In this document: piece by piece, positions 19,980 through 29,700 of the stretch
Numbering within the stretch: the stretch's first letter is position 1
Layout of the letters: every line of letters starts with the position of its first letter
Virus record (IMG/VR): IMGVR_UViG_3300019458_000021
Coordinates: 173,380 to 237,379 of that record
Reading direction: 5' to 3' (one strand)
Length of the DNA stretch: 64,000 nucleotides
Program-made: the position numbers and the translations under genes
The notes under the pieces: model-generated
Told to the model about the DNA's origin: nothing
Database searches by the model: none
What the model saw: only the letters and a program-made list of their open reading frames with translations

Positions 19980-20409
19980 TCTATATATTGCACAAGTACT
20001 CCAGCACAGTATTCGTCGTCGTGCATCAATTGGCACAGATTTTCGTTTTGTGTTGCGTGTGTCGAATGTAGTAGAATCACCGCTTCTGTGGAACTATGAG
20101 GGAGATTGGTCAATCTTCCTCGACGCGAAAATGCTTTGTTTGTGCGACATAAAGGAACTTACGGAACATTTCGACCCGCAATACGCCGTTCAGTTTGTTA
20201 AGTTCGCTGAACAACCATTGGCTGTAGTTGTATTCAATCACAACAAATTTGGCCGAACACCCGATCTCCATGACAAAGAAATTGGAGACCTGCCTTCAGA
20301 GTTTAACAGCGAATTCCCAACAGCAAAAATTCTTCGGTACGACAACGACCCATACAACTCTCAACTTTGGAAAGATGAACTCGATGACATGCTCCGAACT
20401 TACAGTTGA
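19942..20409 (+). CDS. Degenerate glycosyltransferase (GT-A/GT8-like) protein
   Basis: IGY...SIRRRAS...NYEGDWSIFLDAKML..CDIKEL resembles phage GT-A proteins; the DxD position reads DAK. Confidence 0.45.
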   Translation: MGKTLQLTIGYSDLYIAQVLQHSIRRRASIGTDFRFVLRVSNVVESPLLWNYEGDWSIFLDAKMLCLCDIKELTEHFDPQYAVQFVKFAEQPLAVVVFNHNKFGRTPDLHDKEIGDLPSEFNSEFPTAKILRYDNDPYNSQLWKDELDDMLRTYS

Positions 20410-21244
20410 GAACTTCATCTCCCAGCAATGGATCCATAAAAATCGCTACGTACTTAACGCAAGAACAGTGACACCTGAATGTGTTGAGTCCTTGAACGCA
20501 CAGGCATTCAAACGATTCCAGTTATCAAATCATCAACGCAAATACTCGAAGTCGCCAATTCGAATCGATATCTGTGAGTGGCTAGAACGTCGGGCGTCAT
20601 TCTCTCTACATGAATACGACTACACAATTCCACCAGGGTATGTAACGCCAATTGAGTTTTTTAGCGAGGCGCAGCCATGGCGAATGCTGTTGCTTTCTTT
20701 CGATCCATATGCGTCAATCCTGCAGCGAAAGCTGTTCACCGATGCACGATTCGTTGAACGTGCATACGAAGAAAAGGACGATATGTATTCACCGAAATCG
20801 TTCCTGTTGGAACAGATTGAACTTGGATGGCTTGGCTACAGCGAATTTGAAGACTGTATTTTCATTCACCACATACAAGTGCGAGGTGCACTCAAAGAAG
20901 GAATGCGATACAATGACCTTGTTTGGTTCTATAGATACTTGGTTCGTGCATTTACGCAGATGTTGCCCGAAGGGAAGTTGAAGCATGTGTACGCACCAGA
21001 TGCAGCAACGTTGTCGCTGTACAGCGAACGTCTGGTCGGGAATGCGTCAATAGTACTTCCGTATTCGCGGCATGTGCTACGAAAGAGCGACTTTCATACG
21101 GTTGGCTGGGACGCGTTTGCAACACAATCACCAATCGCGGCGGCTAAATGCAAGATGCGTGATGTGTTACTGCCAGACGAGATAACACTTTGGAGATACG
21201 ATTATAATGATCCACACACTTTGGCACGACAGAATTCTGATTGA
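20375..21244 (+). CDS. Hypothetical protein (rSAM island)
   Basis: Long ORF overlapping both neighbours; start uncertain. Confidence 0.7.
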   Translation: MNSMTCSELTVENFISQQWIHKNRYVLNARTVTPECVESLNAQAFKRFQLSNHQRKYSKSPIRIDICEWLERRASFSLHEYDYTIPPGYVTPIEFFSEAQPWRMLLLSFDPYASILQRKLFTDARFVERAYEEKDDMYSPKSFLLEQIELGWLGYSEFEDCIFIHHIQVRGALKEGMRYNDLVWFYRYLVRAFTQMLPEGKLKHVYAPDAATLSLYSERLVGNASIVLPYSRHVLRKSDFHTVGWDAFATQSPIAAAKCKMRDVLLPDEITLWRYDYNDPHTLARQNSD

Positions 21245-21809
21245 AGACGATTTGCTTGACCCGCAAGGCTGGAGTAATTTTCGAGACTGGGTCGGAGTGG
21301 AATTTGGTCGTCGACAGACAAAACCAATTATGTCAATCGACCATCTCAACTTGCCACCTGAACTCGGTTACTACGCAGCCATGCTTGACGGTGCCGTGAC
21401 AAACTATTGCGAAGCTTGTGGCATAGACTATGCAATGGATATTGTAAACCTACAGGCAACTTGGGTTGAGAATTACAACGAAACAAGTCACCATGAATTC
21501 GTACATGAACCACATCACGACCTTTCGGAAGGTGGCTATCTTGTTGCTGTGTATTATGTATGTACAGATGTGAATTCACTAACAAGATTTGTTGGGGGAG
21601 ACCTGGCGATATACAAGGCACTGACATATAGTGAATACCCCGAGGGAATGGTTCACGTTCGTGCAATACCGAACCGGTTGGTTGTTTTTCCTGCTATGCT
21701 TTACCATCGCATCAAACCATACTTCGGTCGTTCCCCACGAATTGCATTGTCGGCTGTGTTGTCTAAATCAGCCGACACAGTTCAAAACAAGAGAGTTTGC
21801 ACACTATGA
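21207..21809 (+). CDS. 2OG-Fe(II) oxygenase
   Basis: HHD...VYY...GGDL...NRLVVFPAMLYHRI...R (HxD...H...R). Confidence 0.85.
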   Translation: MIHTLWHDRILIEDDLLDPQGWSNFRDWVGVEFGRRQTKPIMSIDHLNLPPELGYYAAMLDGAVTNYCEACGIDYAMDIVNLQATWVENYNETSHHEFVHEPHHDLSEGGYLVAVYYVCTDVNSLTRFVGGDLAIYKALTYSEYPEGMVHVRAIPNRLVVFPAMLYHRIKPYFGRSPRIALSAVLSKSADTVQNKRVCTL

Positions 21810-22441
21810 ACTTCTACAAATTGTGGGCGTATCCAATTTACACATGCGAAAACGTTCTCCTCGACACCGAACGTCAGCAGGTGGCCGACTATGTGCTACA
21901 TCGATTCAAAGATCTGGACGACGACAAAATAGTCAACGTTCACGTTGCTGTTGATGGCGAGTTGGACAAAATTCCAAGCGATCTAAAGCTGTTGTATTAC
22001 GCATTGTATGTGAAGTTTTCTCAATATGTCTTCGAATGCGGAAATCCTCTTGAAGAGTACTTTCTTCACAGGATTGCTATGAATAAGACTCGCGCATTCG
22101 TTCCAGGACGAGACGAAGGTGTGATTTATGAATTGCACGCGGACGATAGCGTGAATGACATTACATGCGTCTACTACGCTCAAATCGATACAGTACACGC
22201 TAATGGTGGTAGTGCCGGCGGCGACCTGCGAATCTACAACCGAGCGGTGCTCGACACAACCGATGATACACGCGAAGCGTATGTCACTTGCAAACCAGTT
22301 GACAATAAAGCAGTAATGTTCCCGGGCAGTTTGATTCACGAGGTTCGTCCATATTTTGGTGAGCGTCCTCGAGTTAGTCTAAACTACAAGTTTCGTCGTT
22401 ACCGCAGGAACATCTCTTTGAAACCAAAGCTGGTAATATGA
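21806..22441 (+). CDS. 2OG-Fe(II) oxygenase
   Basis: HAD...VYY...GGDL...MFPGSLIHEV...RVS. Confidence 0.85.
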   Translation: MNFYKLWAYPIYTCENVLLDTERQQVADYVLHRFKDLDDDKIVNVHVAVDGELDKIPSDLKLLYYALYVKFSQYVFECGNPLEEYFLHRIAMNKTRAFVPGRDEGVIYELHADDSVNDITCVYYAQIDTVHANGGSAGGDLRIYNRAVLDTTDDTREAYVTCKPVDNKAVMFPGSLIHEVRPYFGERPRVSLNYKFRRYRRNISLKPKLVI

Positions 22442-23382
22442 AACCAGTCACTCTATCAATCAATCCACTGTATCTGTGCAACTTTCGGTGCAAGTTTTGT
22501 TATCTAACACCAGAACAACTTGCAGACAAGAAGAAAATCGATCATGTCCGTCTTGACCAAATGCTCTCTGAGGTCACAATGGTTACGGCAATCCAACACG
22601 TTGACTTGTACGGTGGAGAAATTGCACTGCTTTCCGATGAGTACTTTGATGATATGAAGCGGATCATCCGACAGTACTACTACAAGCCGATCAACGTTGT
22701 CACTAACCTGTCGAGAGTTCCGAAATTTTTCATGCCACCTGACATTCAATTGTCCGTGAGTTTTGATTTCGATTGTCGCGAACGGTACGAAGAAGTGTAC
22801 AGAAACATGGCAACTGTTCAGAAGCCGCTGCATGTTCTGGTTTTAGCTAGCAGGTGCTTAATCGACAAAGACGTCGACTACATGATTATGATGCTGAACA
22901 CATTACAAAATGTTCGGACAGTTGAGATCAAACCGTATAGCACGAATCAAGCAAACCAACATACCGTGTCGCACGCAGACTTCGAACGATTCGTTAAACG
23001 TTGGTTGACGAGTCGGATTCCAAAACGATTTGCGTTTATCAACGAGCAGAAGATTATCGAAGCGCTTCGCGGATCGTACAACGCATTTAGTGATGACCAT
23101 GTCTATATCACCCCTAATGGCAAGTTTGCGGTGCTTGATTTCGACGAGAGCGATCACGAGAAGTTCACAGAGCTCGACCACTTTGTGGACTATGTCCGGT
23201 GGACAGAACATGAGAAACAACTAATCGGAAGCAATTCATACTGCCAAACCTGTCCATATTTCGGTCACTGTTTGACAGAACACTATCGTTGGGTGAAAGA
23301 TCTCGAAAACTCGTGCAATGGTTACAGGTTCCTTTTGGATTGGTGCAATGAAAGAATGGAAAATCCGGCAGCAAATCTATGA
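22438..23382 (+). CDS. Radical SAM enzyme 5
   Basis: CNFRCKFCY, YGGE, VTNL; CQTCPYFGHC...C. Confidence 0.9.
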   Translation: MKPVTLSINPLYLCNFRCKFCYLTPEQLADKKKIDHVRLDQMLSEVTMVTAIQHVDLYGGEIALLSDEYFDDMKRIIRQYYYKPINVVTNLSRVPKFFMPPDIQLSVSFDFDCRERYEEVYRNMATVQKPLHVLVLASRCLIDKDVDYMIMMLNTLQNVRTVEIKPYSTNQANQHTVSHADFERFVKRWLTSRIPKRFAFINEQKIIEALRGSYNAFSDDHVYITPNGKFAVLDFDESDHEKFTELDHFVDYVRWTEHEKQLIGSNSYCQTCPYFGHCLTEHYRWVKDLENSCNGYRFLLDWCNERMENPAANL

Positions 23383-23776
23383 TCGTACGTGGCACGACCA
23401 CGATGACTTGGTCTGCCATTCAAAGATCATTGACACCAGTGAACTGGGATTTGATCCCAGCTTTGCAGGCAAAGTTGGTTCATATTTTATGTGGGAATGG
23501 GATGTTCTCGTCTATCCGGAGAAGTCGTATGCAGTTGCAATGGTTTACGCAAAACTGCTCGAGAAATACTTCGGTGAGAACTTCTATGAGGTGTTAGACG
23601 ATCAAGATTTGTTGCTTGGCGACAAGTACTTTGTTCGCTACAGCAAAAACAAAGAATGGTACGACAAGTTGATCGCAACTATGGACGAATGGAAATTGTG
23701 GGACTTTGAAAACAGCAAGTTACCGCAGGTTCAGGCGACCATCACGTACTTTAAGAAGGAGTTTCAGCTGATCTAA
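23348..23776 (+). CDS. Hypothetical protein (end of rSAM island)
   Basis: ORF overlapping rSAM 5. Confidence 0.7.
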   Translation: MKEWKIRQQIYDRTWHDHDDLVCHSKIIDTSELGFDPSFAGKVGSYFMWEWDVLVYPEKSYAVAMVYAKLLEKYFGENFYEVLDDQDLLLGDKYFVRYSKNKEWYDKLIATMDEWKLWDFENSKLPQVQATITYFKKEFQLI

Positions 23777-23793
23777 TCGGGTAGGGAAGTCCA

Positions 23794-23801
23794 TATAAAT
23801 A
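23794..23801 (+). promoter_or_regulatory. T4 late promoter consensus TATAAATA
   Basis: Exact match, upstream of the HNH gene. Confidence 0.65.
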
Positions 23802-23818
23802 AGCGTTTATGGAAAACC

Positions 23819-24397
23819 ATGAAACGCTGCACTTGCTCACTACACGAGGGAACAAATCCTCTCCCCATTTCATTCTTCACCAAAGACGCATCGACCTCTG
23901 ATAGCCTATCCCGACTGTGTCGACTTTGTTCTCAACGACGCTCCGCGGAAATACGAAATAGACGCAGAAAGAAACAACAAACGCTCACGAGAGAGCGATA
24001 CAAAAACGATCCAATGTTTCGAGCGAAAGCTTTGGCTAGCTCTCGGTCCTACCAGCGCAGAAGACTTGCTGAAGACCCTATGTATGCACACAAATTGGAG
24101 ATGTGGAGGAACGCACGATCGCGCGCTGTACGAAAAGGTCTAACATTCACAATAACAGTCGACGACATAAGCATCCCTCAGCGTTGCCCCATTCTTGATC
24201 TTCCGTTGACGCGAAATCAGGGCAGGCGAGGTCCAACGGAGGAATCTCCGACACTCGATAGAATTGATCCAAAGCACGGCTACGTTCCTGGAAATGTCAT
24301 CGTGATCAGCATGCGGGCGAACACCATCAAAAGTTTTGGTACGCCAGAAGAACACTTCAAGATTTACCGGTTTCTATCACAGTTGACTCAGAGATAA
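23819..24397 (+). CDS. HNH-like homing endonuclease
   Basis: N-terminal Cys knuckle; IPQRCPIL...PTLDRIDPKHGYVPGNVIVISMRANTIKS. Confidence 0.8.
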   Translation: MKRCTCSLHEGTNPLPISFFTKDASTSDSLSRLCRLCSQRRSAEIRNRRRKKQQTLTRERYKNDPMFRAKALASSRSYQRRRLAEDPMYAHKLEMWRNARSRAVRKGLTFTITVDDISIPQRCPILDLPLTRNQGRRGPTEESPTLDRIDPKHGYVPGNVIVISMRANTIKSFGTPEEHFKIYRFLSQLTQR

Positions 24398-24422
24398 ATA
24401 CTGCAAAGTACAAGGACTTCCG

Positions 24423-26708
24423 ATGGCTGATTACATCATTAACTTCACCGACCCTATGAATGGTTCGTTCCTCATCAAACCGATGACGACGAACGGACCA
24501 GCGTCTCCGGCAGCAGTTACACCCCTCGACCCACAAGCGACTTCAGCAAATACATCGATTGTTCTACTCGGTAAAGGGATGTTTGAATATGGCGAACGTG
24601 TGGCAGAATCGTTCGTTCATATGTTGGAACATTTCGCGTTTCCGACGCCCCCAGCATATCCGATTCAGGGTCAAATTTGGTTTGATAATGGAACTCCTGG
24701 TCTGTTCGTCTATGACGGTGCAGTATGGAATCCAATTCTTGTTGGCAGTTTTCCGATTGCCGGCGATCTTGATATGGGTGGATTCAAGATCGAGAATCTT
24801 GGCGATCCTGATAGCGCCGACGATGCCGTTAACTTAGGATTTGCTGACACTCGATACGTGAACGTAACTGGTGATACAATGACAGGTACGTTGACTGTGT
24901 CGTCAGCAGACATCGTTTTGACAGGAGCAGGTTCGCAAATCACATTACCAAACGCACCTGTTGCTGCTACCGATGGTGTTAATAAAGCGTTTGTTGATGC
25001 ATTGACTTTGGACAGTTTGGTAGATGTTATCATCACGGTTCCTGTTCTTAACCAATTGTTGCGTTATAACGGTGTAAACTGGGTCAACGCAACAGTTCTC
25101 ATTCCAAGTGTTCTTGATGATCTGTCTGATGTTGCGATCACCGCTCCTGTTGTTGGTGATGTTCTGACATTCGACGGCTTGGTGTGGATTAACCAAGCGC
25201 CAGCTGCGTTTACAGATCGATATGTAACGGCTGGTGCAATGATCGGAACAACTCTGCAATTGTCGTTCTCAACAGCTGTCCCTTCACCAACGATCAACAT
25301 TGCTGGCATTGCGCCGGACGGTCATACTCATCTTGCACCACAGGTGCTGTACAACACGAATCAGCCAGACCCAACATGGGTCGGTCCACCACCAACATAT
25401 CCGTATCCGTTCTACAACGACAGCTACCTACGCGAATTGCTCATCACGACCGCAACGGGCTATCCAAATCCACAATTTCCGTATGGCCTCAACTTGCAGA
25501 CAATCATCAACACAACCGACCAGGCTCTATATCAGCTTGTGGATATTGATCGACAGGAAATTCTGCAGGGGGATGGCGCAACATCGCTGTTTACGATGCG
25601 GGGCCAGTATTTGGTCGGTCGTAACAAAGTTAAGATTTTCAACAACGGCGTCAAACAATACGCAAGCCAGCGCGCTGTTCTCAACGTGGAGTTCGAAACA
25701 CAAGTAGCACCAATTCAATCAATTAACGTTGGATCTGATACTGGTCTTGCCGACGGTACGTATTCATTTGATATCATCGTCAATGGTACATTGTTCACAG
25801 GTGTTACTGCACCAACTGTTACTGTTGCAGAGGACAGGGACGTTACGGCAGTTGATGGAACAGGAGGACCGTTAGGTCCTCTCACCACGACCGGAACAAC
25901 TTGGACGATTACCGATCCACTCGGCGATTTCGCTGACACACTTGGAATAGGTACAATTTTCACTGTGACGGGAGCTGGTCCGGGTAGCGGCACCTACGTT
26001 GTTTTGACAGCAACGTGGGATGGAATTGGCGAGACAGACATCGTCATTGATCCGTCGGGTCTTGGAGTACCTGGCATGTTTACAACTATTCCAATTGGCA
26101 CAACGGTCACGCTCGGTGTCACTACACTACGCAAACCATACTACTTCCAACAACTAAAAGAAGATCTCGATGTTAGCTTTGTGGCCAATGCGATTCCGGC
26201 GATTGTGTCATTTTACAACAGCACTCTATCGTTCGAATCAGAAGTTGTTGGAACCGGCTCGACTGTGTTTTATGTGCCCGTGGCGAATGACTTGTTTGAC
26301 GAAATGCTAACAGCCGGTGTTGTAACTCCAGACTTTGTTTACTCGGGTAGTATGGTGAGTATTGACGCAGCTGACAACACTGTCAGCCCAGACGAGTTCC
26401 AAGTAATTGGTGATTACACTGGTGCCTTTCCAACTGGTGTTCGCTTCATTGTGTTCGGTTCTATAGGCAATGACGATGAATACGTCACAGTAGCCAACGC
26501 AACTTTTGCTGCCGGTTTTACAACAATCTATGTGACCAACGGAGCGATTTCTGTCAACGAAGCAAGCGGCGCCGGTACGGGAGATATTTTCTTTGAGCGC
26601 ACACTTGCATATGACGAAGTTGGTACACCGAATAACAATTCCGATCAAATTCAGTTCACTGTTGCACCAGCCACCGGTGATCTAATCGAAGTATTGATTG
26701 CACCATAA
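24423..26708 (+). CDS. Virion / tail-fibre protein
   Basis: N-domain paralogous to 10064; LDDLSDV repeats; ADTRYVNVTGDTMTG; TAAATA at 24395. Confidence 0.75.
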   Translation: MADYIINFTDPMNGSFLIKPMTTNGPASPAAVTPLDPQATSANTSIVLLGKGMFEYGERVAESFVHMLEHFAFPTPPAYPIQGQIWFDNGTPGLFVYDGAVWNPILVGSFPIAGDLDMGGFKIENLGDPDSADDAVNLGFADTRYVNVTGDTMTGTLTVSSADIVLTGAGSQITLPNAPVAATDGVNKAFVDALTLDSLVDVIITVPVLNQLLRYNGVNWVNATVLIPSVLDDLSDVAITAPVVGDVLTFDGLVWINQAPAAFTDRYVTAGAMIGTTLQLSFSTAVPSPTINIAGIAPDGHTHLAPQVLYNTNQPDPTWVGPPPTYPYPFYNDSYLRELLITTATGYPNPQFPYGLNLQTIINTTDQALYQLVDIDRQEILQGDGATSLFTMRGQYLVGRNKVKIFNNGVKQYASQRAVLNVEFETQVAPIQSINVGSDTGLADGTYSFDIIVNGTLFTGVTAPTVTVAEDRDVTAVDGTGGPLGPLTTTGTTWTITDPLGDFADTLGIGTIFTVTGAGPGSGTYVVLTATWDGIGETDIVIDPSGLGVPGMFTTIPIGTTVTLGVTTLRKPYYFQQLKEDLDVSFVANAIPAIVSFYNSTLSFESEVVGTGSTVFYVPVANDLFDEMLTAGVVTPDFVYSGSMVSIDAADNTVSPDEFQVIGDYTGAFPTGVRFIVFGSIGNDDEYVTVANATFAAGFTTIYVTNGAISVNEASGAGTGDIFFERTLAYDEVGTPNNNSDQIQFTVAPATGDLIEVLIAP

Positions 26709-26717
26709 GGATAGGTC

Positions 26718-29700
26718 ATGACATCATCATTTGACATCATCAAAGCGGACGGTTCAACATTCACGATCTACGCGTTAGAAGGCGACGGCTCGAGCAATCT
26801 TTCACTCCCACGACAAGTACTCAGTGCGGTGCTGTCTGGTGGCGCAGGTGTAAACTACTTTGAACTTGGTGATGATCTCACGTACCGATTTGTACCAGGG
26901 TTCACCTTCAACGTTATCATTCTTGATCCACTGTCCTTCCCACCGACCGCAAACGAAGGAACGTATACGGTCGTAACATCATCATATGTTGGGAACGTTA
27001 CACGAGTTACAGTTGCTCAAACGATTCCTCGCGGATTCTTTACAATCAACGGAGTGACAATCGGTTCCCAAACATGGCGAATCAGTGGTAATCATGCTGC
27101 TGAATTTGGCGCTGGTACAAGTATCATTGTCACAAACAACTCTGGTAATGGGAACAGTGTATATACTGTTGTATCGGCAACGGTTGTTGGTCCGAATACT
27201 GAAATCGTAGTATTGCAAACAATTCCTGGTGCTTCAGCTGGTGTTGCCGTCGTACAATTTTTTGCGGCTCCTGTTTTCACACCTGCCACAACACTCGGAA
27301 TTACTGCTGGTTTGTATGATATCCGTCTTGCTATCGACGGTGGTGCTTCCTCGATATATACAGTGACCGCCACGGGCACTGACACTATGGCGTCAATGGC
27401 TGCTCTTCTAACAACAATAACAGGTCTGACTGTTACTGTTGCAAATAATTACTTCACATTTACAAGCGGTACAACAGGTACTGGTTCGTCTGTTGCTGTC
27501 GTAACACCAACTGCTGGCATAAATCCGGACTTATTCGCTGCTATTGATATAGCAAAAACAGCAACACATACGTCCATTAGTACACAAGGCCGCGCTGCAT
27601 CATCTGGTGATGGTTTACTAACTGTTAACTCCTACGACATTGTTGGCGTTGTTCCAGGTGTTGGAGGCACTTGGACTATAGCCGGCAACACCGCATCACG
27701 ATTCCCGATTGGCTCTGGATTTGCCGTTTCTGGCAACTCTGCAGGGGATGGTAACTATTCTGTGGCATCAGCAACCAACGTTGGCGCAGACACGGATATT
27801 GTTGTCACGGCAACTATTCCATTGTTGTCCGACACGACAGGTGCAGTTCTTGTTGGAAACATTCCACTTGGTCATATTCAATATCACTTGACCGTTGCCG
27901 ATGCTGGCATCAACACGTCGTTCGACCTGCTTGGTAAAGGAATGCCAAACTGGGGCGCAACATTCCAAGGTGACATTGTTCGAGCTCTTGAAAACCATGC
28001 CGCTTCAACGCCACCTGCAGCACCTATGTCTGGTCAATTATGGTATGACACTGGCGCAGCAACCTTGAATCTGTTTGCATCAACGATCTATGATATTGTT
28101 GCCGTCGACACCGTAGGTCCTGTATATGTGTGGACAATTTCTGGTAACCATGCTGCTACTTTCTCGACACTTAACGCTCGATTTGCAGTGTTTGGTAACA
28201 CTGGTATCAATGAAGCAAACATCGCCGTTCCGGGCACATATTCCGCTTCGTCGGTGTATCAGATTTTGTCTGCTGTAAACGTTGGTCCAAACACAGAAAT
28301 TACAATCAATACAACTGTATCTCCTCCTCTTTCAAACTCGATCCCAAGCGATGCAACCGGTGACGGTAAGTTATATTTGATGAGTGATTGGCACGAAATT
28401 GCGTTGACGGAGAATGTTCTAACGTTAGATTGGAAAAATTCTGTCCGCGCAGCAACAACAGCAGCACTGCCAGCAGTGACATACAACAACGGACTTTCAG
28501 GTGTTGGTGCAACACTTACAGCAACCGCTAACGGTGCTCTCCCCGCACAGGACGGTGTTTCTCTTGCTTTGAACGAACGATTGTTGGTTAAGAATCAAGC
28601 AAGTGGACTGCAAAATGGTATCTATACCGTAACACAACTCGGCGATGGCGGCAATCCTTTCATTCTCACACGAGCTGTAGATGCTGATACAAATGCTGAT
28701 GTAACAGCTGGAATGGCGATGGTTATTGAAGAGGGAGCAACATATAATGATGCAGCTTTCTTCTTGGGAACAAACAATCCAATCACCGTCGGCACAACCG
28801 CATTGATGTTTGTTCAGTTGACAGCATCAATTGCTGCGCCAGTCAATGAGATTGTTTACGGCACTGGCGTCGGTGTGACATCTGAGGCAGATTTCACGTG
28901 GGATCCGACGACAGACACCTTGATGCTTGGAGGTGTTGGTGATTTAGGCACAATTACTAACGGTGATGGTGGAACAATTGAATTCGACGCTGGCGTGATT
29001 CGCCTAACGGGCGACAACGGCGATTTCATCGAAATTGGCGCAAGTATCAATCTTACCGGTGTTGCAGGCACAACCGGTTCAACAATCACAATTGCAGCCG
29101 GAGATTCGTCCGTTGCTGCTGGCGGAACAGTTGCCATTGTTGGTGGTGATGCAACACTTGTTGCAGGTGGTCCTGTAACGATTACAGGTGGTACTGGTGG
29201 TACAAGTCTTGGTACCGGCACTGGTGGTGCTGTATCGATTACTGGTGGTACAGCAGGCGCTAACTTGACAAATGGTGGTGCTGTCAATATCCGAGGTGGT
29301 TCAGGTGGTGTAGTTGGCGTTAGTGGTGGTGGTGCTGTTAACATCACTGCGGGTGATGGTGTCGGAGCAACCGGAGGCGGCGGTGGTTCTGTCGTACTTA
29401 CTGGTGGTACGCCAACCATTCTTGGTATTGGAGGTGGCGTTTTAATTCAAGGAGCACAAGGTCTTGGCCTTGGAAATGGCAGCGGTGGTGTTGTACTTGT
29501 TGGTGCTAATGGTGCTGTAGCAGGCGGTAACGGTGGCTCTATTTCGATTACAGCTGGCACAGCAACAAGTGTATTCACAGCCGGAACTCTCTCTTTGACA
29601 GCAGGCGGTGGGGGAACAACAACGGTCGGTGGTGCAGTAACAATCACTGGTGGTCCAGGCGGTACAGTGTCAGGCACTGGCGGTGCAGTAACAATCACTG

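Noticed and set aside
11354-23382. rSAMs as QueE, NrdG or MoaA enzymes
   Set aside because: They have plain CxxxCxxC plus SPASM-like tails and no adjacent que, nrd or moa genes. Not formally excluded without HMM searches.
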